DNA of 64,000 bases from Naegleria gruberi (Eukaryota). The stretch is taken from the NCBI GenBank assembly GCA_000004985.1, contig GG738853.1. One strand, written 5' to 3'. The position numbers were made by a program, and so were the translations under genes. Shown piece by piece: positions 1 through 10,070 of the stretch. Below the pieces are notes generated by a model that worked only from the letters and a program-made list of their open reading frames with translations, did no database searches and was not told the DNA's origin. Every line of letters starts with the position of its first letter. Within the stretch, counting starts at the first letter, position 1.

Positions 1-1659
1 AATTCTATCCAAAAAGCTGGACAGTGCTCTTTCCTTCAAATACAAAGCAATTAATAATTTTACAAATGCACTATAGTTGGCATACCTATACTTTGGGAAT
101 AAATATTGCTTAGGGTAAACTAAAAAGAGAATACCAGAAATCTTTTCTAATGAATCTAAAATCCAAGAATCAATAGTATCCAATTCCAAAATAATATTTG
201 CAAAAGCAGACAAAAATGAAGGAATATGAGAAACTGATTCTTCTAATTGTTCTTGACTTCTAGTTAATAATTGATCACTCAATTTCATTAGTTGTCTCAA
301 AATCATCTTAGTATCACTTTGAGTTAGGAATTTTTTCATTGGTAATGCAAATTGTCCAAAACTTCTAATAGCAATGCTTAGGTAGTATTTGTTAAAGGTT
401 GGATTGGTAGTTGGAGGTGAGGAAGTTCCACTTCCTTGAGTCATTGTAATATCTGCAAAATTGAGTGATAATAAAGATTTGAATTTTTGCATCAGATTTT
501 TAAATGTCCTCAAGTTGGATTCTAATTTTCTCCCTCCTTCACGTACAAGTTCATAGGAAATTTGAGCTAAAAAGCTTTCAAGTGCTGGAAATGAATTCTT
601 TCTAACCTTGTCATTTCTGTGAGAACATAGAGTTGACAATCTGTCAAACATCTTTTCAGCATCAACAGTGAGATATTCCTTAAATTGATAAGCATGTTTT
701 GAAATCATAATTAGAGCTGCTTTAGGTACATCATATCTTGTTTCATTGACAAGTTCCAAACTTGTACAAATTAATTGATAAAGTGGTTTAATATATGATG
801 ATCCTTCCTCTACAGAGCCACCAAATTGTGACAAGAAATGAGAAAGCCCTCTAAATGTTGATGCAATAAGTTGTGGTTCTGGTTTAGCCTTTTTTGATTG
901 ATTCAATAATGTATTCATCAAGAGTGATAACATTTGTTGTTGATACATGTGAGTTTCTCCTGGGAAGTACTCACACAATACACCTAACAAATGCAAAATT
1001 GCTCCTTTTACAGATTGATTTCCACTATTTGTCATTCTTTGAAACTCTTTGAAATAAACTTGAAATACTTCCTTGATGTTTAAACTTGTTTCGGATTCGG
1101 CTGGTGATCTTGTTATTGTTGTTTCATTATTATTGTTATTATCATCCTCCATCAAATCACCTTCCTGTTGTTGTTGGTTAGCAGCTGTTGTTAAAGATGA
1201 CGATGAAGATGATTTGATTAAACTTGATCCATTTTCCATCAAAATAATTAATAATTTAATCAGTGGTGCTATTGTTGATAATCTAACTTGGTTCGAACTT
1301 TCACGTCTAAAAACATTGACACACCACCGTTTAATGATGAGAGCCTGTTCTAAAATTCTCTCCCGAGCAATCTTGATATAATTTAAAAGAAAATCAAAGA
1401 TGGCCTTCCTACTCAATGTCATTGTCTTGTTACCTTGTGTGCTTGGATAGAGTGTTATTGATTGATGAACATAGGCAAATATACCCTTTTCCTCATGAAA
1501 TAAAACACTCGAACACAGACCAATGTCATCGGGTGATAATCTACTAACAAAATCATTCATATCTGATATGATCGATATTGGGTTCAATAGAGCCATTGAC
1601 TTTTCTCCATCTTGCAACACAATGTGAAGATCAGAGAGATTTCTCTCAAGGGCTTGCAT
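1..1659 (-). CDS. Large uncharacterised protein, N-terminal ~553 codons (partial; the 3' end lies beyond the window start). Predicted helical/ARM-HEAT-like. Family not recognised.
   Basis: I reverse-complemented 1..1659 by hand and found an uninterrupted reading frame. It starts at the ATG at 1659..1657, which is preceded by an in-frame TAA: MQALERNLSDLHIVLQDGEKS...ILHLLGVLCEYFPGETHMYQQQ...LFPKYRYANYSAFVKLLIALYLKERALSSFLDRI. An open frame this long would not occur by chance in AT-rich DNA. It was absent from the supplied ORF track, presumably because it has no stop inside the window. The antisense ORF 1073..1381(+) is rejected. Confidence 0.7.
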   Translation of the reverse strand, partial: MQALERNLSDLHIVLQDGEKSMALLNPISIISDMNDFVSRLSPDDIGLCSSVLFHEEKGIFAYVHQSITLYPSTQGNKTMTLSRKAIFDFLLNYIKIARERILEQALIIKRWCVNVFRRESSNQVRLSTIAPLIKLLIILMENGSSLIKSSSSSSLTTAANQQQQEGDLMEDDNNNNNETTITRSPAESETSLNIKEVFQVYFKEFQRMTNSGNQSVKGAILHLLGVLCEYFPGETHMYQQQMLSLLMNTLLNQSKKAKPEPQLIASTFRGLSHFLSQFGGSVEEGSSYIKPLYQLICTSLELVNETRYDVPKAALIMISKHAYQFKEYLTVDAEKMFDRLSTLCSHRNDKVRKNSFPALESFLAQISYELVREGGRKLESNLRTFKNLMQKFKSLLSLNFADITMTQGSGTSSPPTTNPTFNKYYLSIAIRSFGQFALPMKKFLTQSDTKMILRQLMKLSDQLLTRSQEQLEESVSHIPSFLSAFANIILELDTIDSWILDSLEKISGILFLVYPKQYLFPKYRYANYSAFVKLLIALYLKERALSSFLDRI

Positions 1660-1844
1660 GATGGTAAAATAAATTAATTTTTTTTTGATTTAAAATTTGG
1701 AGGGAAATGATTTTATCCAGAATGTGATTGAATCTTTGAGATTATGGAGCCATTTGCAAAAGAAAGTCTCAGTGTTGTTAAATAATAATAATTATTGTTT
1801 GGTACAATTTAATATCACAGAGAATTTACAAAATAGTTACAAGT

Positions 1845-4405
1845 TTAGAATTTGAGCAAATTAGAAGTAGAGGCCTTCTTTGGTGGTGGTAAGAATTCTT
1901 CTTCCTCTTCTTCCTCTTCCTCCTCTTCTTCTTCTTCTTCCTCCTCTTCTTCCTCTTCCTCTTCCTCTTCACCTTCAAGTTCTTCACCCTCTTCCTCTTC
2001 TTCTTCTTCCTCCTCTTCCTCTTCTTCCTCTTCACTGTCATAGAAGTTGTCGATATTATCATCGTCACCTTCTTCTTCCTCTTCTTCGGACTCGTATTCT
2101 TCACTTTCTTCCTCTTCTTCTTCTCCATAGAAATCATCAATATCTCCAGTGAAAAGTTCAGAAGATGTTTCTCCAATAGCACCAACATCAGCTTGACCAT
2201 CAGTAGCAGCCACGACATTTCTTTCCTCATAGTTGAGTGTTTCAACTGGGAAATCGGGCAGAGGAGTGTATCCTGATGTTGAGTGGTTGAGTATGTGTGA
2301 TAATGAACCCAATAAGAATCTAGCACGATCTTCAACGAATTTACTGTTAAGAGAAACAGAATTCTTCTTTCCTGATGACCCAAAGATTTCGTCCGACTTT
2401 TCATGAAGTGTACTTGTTGTTCCCTTTGGATTAAACAAGATATTTCTCATAAATCTGGCACGATCACGAACATCGTAACTTTGATCGTAACGAGCCAAAT
2501 TCAATACGTATTGAATTAACATGTTAATTTGTTCTGATTTCTTATCTCCAGTACTTTCTAAACTCAAATAAAGTTTTGTACTCAAATTCAATGCTTGCAA
2601 TTTAACCAAGTCATCTTCTTTAACAAAGTCTTTAGCTAAAATACGAAGAGCATCAGCAGCAACACCAATACCAACACCTCCTGATGGAAGATATTCAATA
2701 TATTCACCAATCATATAAGCAATACTTGCTCTAGCAATTGGAACCTTAATATCATCCAAAAGAATAGCCATTTGAAGAATAATCTTCTTGTTATCTTCTG
2801 GGTTTTGTTGAAGCAATTGGTGAATAGCAATAATAGATTCAGCAACAATGTGTTCAGAACCTTTGGTAATCAAATTCATGAGAGTTCCAATACAAGATTC
2901 AACAACTTCTGGAATCTTTGAAGCAACTCTGCCCATAGCTTTGATAGTATTATTAACAAAATCTTGTTCTGGGAATTTAACATATGTTCTAAATTCCTTC
3001 AAAATACTATGAACAGTTTCGTCTGTGGCAAGAAGTGACAAAATTTCCAATTTCAAATTTCTTACATAGGCTGGATCACTAGCATAAATAAAGAAATCCT
3101 TCAAATGGTTACCAAAAACTTCTGGTCTTTCTCTAGCAATTGTTGAAACTGACATTAAAACAATGTAAGCATTTTCACGATATGATCTCAAAATTCTCAA
3201 AAGTGGAGTAACACATTTCAATGAAAATTCTTGTCTTGGTGACAAGTAGAAATGTAAATTAACAACCATTAAAACAACTGCAGAGTTTCTAGTTCTTAAA
3301 AGTGGTGCAGTAGATCTGAGTAATAATCTGTGATCTTGATCAAGTTCCATTTCTGCTCCTGGTTCATATCCATCATCGAAAATTTCCTTGTTTCCATCAT
3401 GATCTCCTTCTTCATCATCTTCGTCATCATAGAAAGCACGTTTCTTATAAGTTTCTCCCTTGAATGGTGATTGGAAATGAGTACGACCATATCTCAACAA
3501 CATTTGCATAATAGAACATTGTCCCCATTCATCACAATCAACCAAATATCTACATAACTTTCTAAATACAGGGTGAATCAATTCATAATTTGTTGGACAA
3601 ACTTCATTGAAAGCGTGAACAGCAGCTCCCAAAACCATTGTGTTATTATCCTTTAACAATTCTCCAATTAGTTCGGCACATTCAACAGCCAATTCTTCAG
3701 GAGATTGTCTAAATACTTTAATAATACCAAGAGCAGCAGCCTTTCTAACATATGGACTCATATCATGGAGACACTTTTTGATTCCGACAAGAATAACTGT
3801 GGTAATATCTTGTACGTTCAAACTGGACATGACTCTCAAAGCCAAAGCTCTCAAGAATTGATTCTTATCATCAAGATCCTTTTGGAAGTTGTTAATTGAA
3901 AGCAATGCTTCTTCTTGTTTTTGTTCAGCAAAGTGAACAAGATACATGTACACTAACTTTTTCAATTCAACATTCTTTGTAATACAATTCTTGACAACGT
4001 ATGGGAAGAGAGGTTCGACTTCCTTGCCTGATGAAGCCATCTATATATTTTAATTATTATTTAAATTGTTGTTGTTTGATGAACAATTAAATTATATATT
4101 GTTGTTAACACGATATATAAATATCACCAAGATCATCAATAACAAGATCCAAAACGATAAAGTACAATTAGTCATCAGTCAAATTATCATATTATCCACA
4201 ATCATCATCAAAAAATCCACACAAAAGCACCATCATCAAAAAAACCATCTAAAAAATCTTCACTTACAGCAATAACCTTCTTCATACCAACCAACTTGTC
4301 TCTGAAATTATTAGAATCCAATTGTTTGGTAATCTCATCGAACTTGGCTGTATTCGATTCCTTAAAGTATTTACTATCACCTCCCAAAACTCCTGTGTAA
4401 GACAT
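1845..4405 (-). CDS. AP-3 adaptor complex beta subunit (AP3B-like). Two exons: complement(4268..4405) + complement(1845..4040), 777 aa. Ends in the acidic hinge with no C-terminal appendage domain.
   Basis: Exon 1 encodes MSYTGVLGGDSKYFKESNTAKFDEITKQLDSNNFRDKLVGMKKVIA. It is followed by a GTAAGT donor (plus 4267..4262) and a 227-nt intron ending TATATAG. Exon 2 starts MASSGKEVEPLFPYVVKNCITKNVELKKLVYMYLVHFAEQ. Close matches to human AP3B1 from memory include [75 protein letters not shown] and LGTLSHTLN. The coding sequence totals 2334 nt, which is divisible by 3. Confidence 0.9.
1878..2150 (-). repeat. Coding (GAA/GAG)n trinucleotide low-complexity tract (plus strand TTC/CTC) encoding the poly-Glu tail of the AP-3 beta gene; long homopurine.homopyrimidine stretch
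   Basis: The plus strand from ~1884 to ~1966 consists almost entirely of T and C (ttcttcctcttcttcctcttcctcctc...). The translation is EEEEEEEE... with occasional G/S/L/Y/D. Reading the same DNA in the other frames produces poly-S, poly-L/P and poly-K/R pseudo-ORFs. Confidence 0.9.
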
Positions 4406-4902
4406 TTTTTAAAAACTGATAATTATTAAAAAATAAATCTTTGCTGATGCAACACGACTCCGCTTCCAACTCCCAATTCTAACGACTAGAAAATTTTGCC
4501 ACTTGGCAATAGCCAATTAGAAGATAAGTGCTGGCTGCCTAAGGTGAAAGATTTTTCAACATTGCCTGAGAACATGTTTATTGTTAGATGAAATATTGTT
4601 CTTCCGAAAGTTGAAGGAAGAGATAACAAATATTAGCAAACTAAATTAACAACCAGAACTGTTTATAAAGAACAATGAGAAAGCTGTGCTTCAAACAGAT
4701 AATCATGAATTAATTCATTAATATTTTGAAGAATGAGTAGGAAATATTGTTGACCTAAGATAATTGTGTTCAGGGTTGCCAGGTTTAGATTATCCATTGT
4801 TAAACTGCTGTGCTTGTTTAACATAACTGTTTGGCTGACAATAACATCGTATTAATTGAGTCACTTGTCAAACATAATGACCCAATAATCATTAAAAAAT
4901 AA

Positions 4903-5302
4903 ATGCCAACACAATCAACCTCCTCTAATGATGCTTCCAATAACTATGAACCCATCCTGCAACAAGCAGAACAAATCATCCAAAAACGTTTTCTCATTCC
5001 CTACCAAGAGAAACTCAATCAATTATTAGGAGATAGAGGAAGTATTTCTCCAAACAATTCAACTTCGTCAAATCCATCTACATCTTCAGCAACACTTCCT
5101 CCACTCCAATTAATAGTAAATTGGTCTAGTATTAGAGATTTAATCAGAGAATATCCTGTTAATGGTCTTTCCATTGCTGAGAATGCTATTCAAATATTAC
5201 AAGAACCATCTTTATATGAAAATATGAGGAAAGGTGTGATGAGATACATTTCCGAAGATAAATTACAGAGAACTATATTTAATGATCAGGTAGATGTTAT
5301 TT
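4903..5302 (+). CDS. Hypothetical protein, 5' ORF/exon. Probably exon 1 of the gene that continues at 5743..7262 (see findings). It may instead be an independent gene ending at the in-frame stop at 5380-5382.
   Basis: The ORF starts at ATG 4903 (MPTQSTSSNDASNNYEPILQQAEQIIQKRF...). A strong GTAAGT donor lies at 5303-5308, directly after codon ...DVI plus one base (phase 1). Amino-acid composition is non-random and the ORF lies in the divergent promoter context opposite the AP-3 beta gene. Confidence 0.5.
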
Positions 5303-5742
5303 GTAAGTGTTGCTGTGCTTATCTAATATATTCAATGATTGCGAATTGTCTTTCTGATGATTTATATTTGATGATTCTGTGAAAATGTGGTTGTCTATTA
5401 TTGATAATGTATTGCTGTGCAAAACACATGATTCTCGAAACAAAATTGTTGAAACACTGATTTTATTGGCATGACAATTTACAAATCGGTATTGTGAAAT
5501 TTGATGGAATTTTTTAACAACAATAACCTCGTCTCTAATACCTTTACTCTCTATATTGAAATATCATCATTGACACATTCTATTCACAAACATTTAACAA
5601 CTATTCCAATTTGAATCACAATTGTGGATAATGACACCATTTACTTGTTACTTCTCTTGATTATAATGATGACAATGAATGGTTGACAAATAATAATAAT
5701 AACAACACACTAACTAAACCATATCACAATAACAAACAACAG

Positions 5743-7262
5743 GTATTGACTTTTTTGCAGGAGGACTCAAGAGAGGAGATCAAGGATCTGAAGAGGAAAC
5801 ACTCGGAGAGGAAACAATGGTTGGTCTCTCTGATGAACATGAAGGTCATTTACTGTATATGATTAATGCCAGTACTCAGGAAATACTTGCATCGAGTACA
5901 TTTTATGAACATATTGAGGAGAGTTTTGATGAATTGTTGGAAACTCATCAACAAATATTGGAAAAACAAACAAGTAGTATTTCAAATCAAAAACAAAAAA
6001 CCAATCAATCCATGAAATCCATGCCAATTCAAAGTGGGATTGGAGGAGTAGCTTCAAAATCAAGCCCTCAACTCTCCACTTCACCACTCAGTAGAGGTAG
6101 CAGTGTCATTTTGAGCTCTTCACCAAATGCTCAACAGAGAAGTGCTCTCTCCAGACAAACATTTATGAGCTCTCCAAATTCAGCCACCACTCCAATCTCT
6201 CCTAATGATTTAACAACTGGAAAATCCAAGCCACCACTAAGAAGAATGTCATACGTCTATGATCCTAAGCATTTGGATGATGACGATTTGATTGGAAGTT
6301 CTACCTCAATGTCACACATTAATCCTGATACATTGGCTAGTGATTCGGATTTGGATAAAATTGAACAATTGAGACGTGTATGTCTTCATCCACATATTTG
6401 GGAAAAGAGAGATGTTTCCAAGTTGATTAGAATTTTACAAAATGAGGATCTTCGTTATTGGAAACCAAATTCTGAGCAATCAGTCATGATTGAAAAATCA
6501 GTTGAACAATTGGAAGCTAGATTTAAGAAATTTGCATCCAATGAAAAAATTGTCAAGGCGTGGATGATTACAAAGATTAATAGAAAGAGTTTGAAACAGG
6601 AGAGAGTTTTCGTCTTGACTGATTCCAAATTCTATACAATGAAATTCTCAAAGGATATTGATGAAAAGCATATCAAGATGTATCCTCTGAGTGCTGTAGC
6701 CATGATGGATTGTGCCAGATTTATTCCAAATAAGGATAAGAAGAAGAAACCATACGGTCTGGCAGTTTATATGGATGAAGAAAAAGTATCATCCGGTTCC
6801 AAAGTTAATGGAGATGAAGCTGAAACACATACCTATCTTTCACATGATGATAAGAAAAAGAAGAAGAATCTCTCTCAAAAAGTCATGGGTAAACTCCGTA
6901 AGGAAAAGACTCTCCAGACCAACTATGATGATTCCTTCGATGATGATGGTGATAGCTCTTCTATGGATGCTTCTCGTAGAGGAACAATTGTGGAAGAAAT
7001 CTCTCTCGAAGAAAAGTCACAACTCAGACCAGACACTAGTAATTTGGTAGCTCAATATTTCATGTCATGCAATACTGTTCACCAAAGTGAAGACCAACGT
7101 GAATTCCTGATGGAAATTTCATGGGCTATCTTTGCCTGTTGTAGTGCATTGAAAGGTGAACAACAACTCGTGCCATTCACACAACATCAAATCAAGAGAC
7201 CAAAGAAGGATTTGGTTGGCACCTACTTGTATAATAAGCTCAGTATTGGTATGAAGAAATAA
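5743..7262 (+). CDS. Hypothetical protein with a PH-like domain segment (KAWMITKINRKSLKQERVFVLTDSKFYTMKF...MYPLSAVAMM). The ORF starts at ATG 5817 if it is an independent gene, or at the 5743 acceptor if it is joined to 4903..5302.
   Basis: The ORF 5817..7262 is 481 aa long. It contains Ser-rich and Lys/Asp-rich low-complexity segments plus globular segments. The in-frame upstream extension back to 5743 has no stop, so it can be joined in phase to the 5302 donor. The combined length 400+1520=1920 nt is divisible by 3. Confidence 0.65.
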
Positions 7263-7693
7263 ACAAGCACCAATTTTTTTCAACAAGTCTTTACCACAGT
7301 AGCATAATTTGAACTAATCTTGATATCTCTTAATAATAAAAAACTTCTCTTCATGTTCCACTACAATCCCTCCTCACAAACCATCAACCTTCCAGTAGTA
7401 ACATCACAATGAAAATTAAACTGTTTATCTCAATCGACAAATTCATAGAGAATCTCTTCAACAAATTTCTCAAACTCTTTTCAAGTCCCCACCTCTCTGA
7501 GGAAAACGAGAAATTAATTTGTACATCGTGATGGCTGTTTTGGTCCGAAAAAAATCCTCACTCACAACTCTCTCTCACGCAGCACACGGAGGCAGTAGAA
7601 GACGAAGTTAGTTCTTCTTTTTTGAATTTCCCCCTTTGGTCTATTTGCCGTTACATCATCATACCCCCAAAAGACAACATCTTTTTGTTTTTT

Positions 7694-7705
7694 ATATATA
7701 TTTAA
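7694..7705 (+). promoter_or_regulatory. TATA-like element (tatatatattta) ~125 bp upstream of the pfkB-kinase ATG
   Basis: TATATATA motif in the intergenic region 7263-7824. No other supporting evidence. Confidence 0.25.
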
Positions 7706-7824
7706 TATAACTACTCGACTACTAATACTGCTACTAGTTTGATAAGCTAAGAAGAATTGTACATTTTCTCCATAATATAATATCGTCATCTTTTAAACCC
7801 GAATAATATTTACATCATCATACA

Positions 7825-9454
7825 ATGACAACCGTTCCAAATATTGCTTCATCATCCCATAAACAACCATATAATGTTTTGGGTCTCGGACAGCCTTTAC
7901 TGTAAGTATTAATACTTTGCAAAGTAGTAGAATGAATTTGTGGTTTATTTCAATGCCATATCATGATATGTTATTATACAATGGCAACAATAACATTATT
8001 AAAATCAAAGTGACAAGATGTTCTTTGTCACTGAACAAACTCTTCAAGCTCTCGGTATTAAAGAAAAAGGTGGTTCACAACTCATTGAAACTCAACAAGA
8101 ATTAGAAGCATTTTTACAAAAACTTTCAGAATTACTTCAATATGACTGTAATCATTGTTTAGATCACCCAAATATATCTCCTAGTGGAAATAATATGTTT
8201 ACCAACTCTTCCGTGAAATCAGGAGTTAAAATTCCAAATGGAACACCAACAAAAGATAGTAATAATCATTTGATTGCTGCATATTCACCAAAGACAGCTA
8301 ATTTCCATCGTAGTTTGAGTCAATATCCACGTGGTTATATCTGTAGTGGTGGTTCTTGTTGTAATACAATTAAGGGAATGTCTGGATTGGGAGAATCATG
8401 TGCTCTTGTCGGAAAGATTGGTAATGATCCACTTGGTGTTCTTTACAGAAACCACTTGACTAAACGTCACGTATTCCCACTCATGTCTATGTCACCTCTT
8501 ACTAGAACAGGAGAAGTCATTTGTCTTATTACTCCTGACGGCCAACGTACCATGAGAGCCTTCTTGGGTTCATCATTGGAAATGACTGCTGATGATTTAG
8601 TTCCAAGTGATTTCCAAGGAATTAAATTATTACACGTAGAAGGTTATGCCATTTATAATCAACCATTAACATTGAGAGCTATTCAATTAGCTAAAAATGC
8701 TGGTGCTATGATTAGTTTCGATTTGGGAAGCTTTGAATTGGCTAGAGGATTTAAACCATTGATTTTGGAATATCTTTCCAATTATGTGGATATTGTTTTT
8801 TGTAACTCTGAGGAAGCTCGTGAATTACTTGGATATGAGGATGCAGAAGGAGCTGTTGATTATTTGGCAAGTTTCTGTCGTGTAGCTATTGTAATGATGG
8901 GCAAGGATGGTTGTTGGGTCAAGGAAGGAACCACATCAGGTAAAACATCAGGGAAAGGAGAAAAATATAGACACCAATTGTCTGAGGAAGAAGTTGTTTT
9001 ACACCCATTGGATACAACTGGTGCTGGTGACTTGTTTGCTGCTGGCTTTTTGTATGGATATATTCAAGGATATAGTATGGAACAATGTGCTCGTTTAGGT
9101 AGCTTGAATGCTCGTGAAGTTGTTCAAGTTATGGGCGCAGAAGTTCCAGCTGATAAATTCAAGGAAATTAAGGGTGGTGTTAATAAGGATTTCCGTGTAC
9201 GATCATCAAGTAATGCTGGTACTGGTAAATCAGTTCCAATTAGAAAGAAGGAAGGTACAAGTGCTAGTTCCTCATTAGCTGGTAGTTTTGAAGAATTCAA
9301 ACATCAAAAGATTGGAAGTGCTAATTTTGAATATGAAATTGCATTTGAACATGATGAAGAATATGAAGAATATGAAGAAGAAGAAACAGAAGAAGATTTG
9401 GATGATTTGGATGAAACCGATTCAAAGAATGATGCCTTGTTTGCCCTCGAATAA
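7825..9454 (+). CDS. pfkB-family carbohydrate/nucleoside kinase (adenosine-kinase/ribokinase-like). Two exons: 7825..7901 + 8011..9454, 506 aa.
   Basis: Exon 1 encodes MTTVPNIASSSHKQPYNVLGLGQPL(L). It ends at a GTAAGT donor (7902-7907, phase 2). Acceptor ...CAAAG ends the intron at 8010, which restores LGQPLLD, matching the adenosine-kinase N-terminal GMGNPLLD motif. Exon 2 carries a GGSCCN glycine motif. It also carries the pfkB signature-2 DTTGAGDLFAAGFLYG near the C-terminus. Total coding length 1521 nt (507 codons including the stop) is divisible by 3. Confidence 0.85.
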
Positions 9455-9535
9455 TTTCCTCCAACAAAAATTAATTATTAAATAAAATAAAAAGTAAATA
9501 ATTTAAATTCAAATGTAAATCACAATTTAAAAAAA

Positions 9536-9781
9536 ATGATACCAGTCAATAACAGCTTTTTGCAAAAGCTCATCAATATGGGCATTTCCGTTCTGAAGAA
9601 GGAAGCAGCAAATAGATTGGCTGCAAATCAAAAATTTCAAGAATTTGTCCACAAGACTGAAACACAAAAAGTGAACATGACCAAACCTGAAAATATAGGG
9701 AAGGTGAAGGATTTCGGAGGACACTTTTTTACTGAATTAAAAACCATCTTGAGAGAGATGAATCCTTTTGCTAGAAAATAA
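9536..9781 (+). CDS. Small hypothetical protein (81 aa). Family not recognised.
   Basis: The ORF has balanced, non-low-complexity composition (MIPVNNSFLQKLINMGISVLKKEAANRLAANQKFQEFVHKTE...). It lies ~80 bp downstream of the pfkB stop on the same strand. It could equally be 3'UTR, so confidence is low. Confidence 0.35.
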   Translation: MIPVNNSFLQKLINMGISVLKKEAANRLAANQKFQEFVHKTETQKVNMTKPENIGKVKDFGGHFFTELKTILREMNPFARK

Positions 9782-10070
9782 TTATATTGTCACACAGTCA
9801 CGTAAAATTATTATCGAACGGAAATTGTTGGATGTAGTAGCATCAGTAAATTAGAAATTATTTGTCTCCTGTGATGAGAACAATAAAGTTAAATAATCGG
9901 AAGGTTGGTTTAATTAATTTGGAATGATAGATAGTTTGCACATCACTCTATCATTTTAATCTTAATATTCCTTCCACAAGTAATAATGGAAATTATAGAT
10001 TATCATATCTCATTAGTAATGTCTAATTTCTTGTTCGCAATTATCAAGCTCTTCTTGGTAATTAATCCAT

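Noticed and set aside
1073-1381. 102-aa plus-strand ORF from the supplied track
   Set aside because: It lies antisense inside the much longer, composition-normal minus-strand ORF (1..1659). It is low-complexity (LLLLSSS, DDDEDD) and arises from reading that gene backwards.
1826-2404. Overlapping ORFs in other frames of the poly-Glu tract (192-aa K/R-rich on the minus strand, poly-Ser 1852..2043 and poly-Leu/Pro 1880..2152 on the plus strand)
   Set aside because: They are frame artefacts of the (GAA/GAG)n repeat. The AP-3 beta frame is supported by homology right up to the tract.
3296-3899. Short ORFs 3296..3490(-), 3640..3861(+), 3705..3899(+)
   Set aside because: They are embedded in, or antisense to, the well-supported AP-3 beta exon 2.
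4066-4275. 69-aa plus-strand ORF
   Set aside because: It lies within the AP-3 beta intron and 5' region. It is AT-rich and low-complexity (IIILSTIIIKK, HHHQKNH).
5863-7050. ORFs 5863..6087(-) and 6712..7050(+)
   Set aside because: They are nested inside the 481-aa ORF 5817..7262 in other frames. No supporting signals.
7562-8105. ORFs 7562..7789(-) and 7917..8105(+)
   Set aside because: They are intergenic or intronic AT-rich sequence. The 7917 ORF overlaps the pfkB intron/exon 2 junction in the wrong frame.
8907-9724. ORFs 8907..9098(+), 9288..9485(+), 9527..9724(-)
   Set aside because: They are alternative-frame or antisense readings of the pfkB gene and the small downstream ORF.
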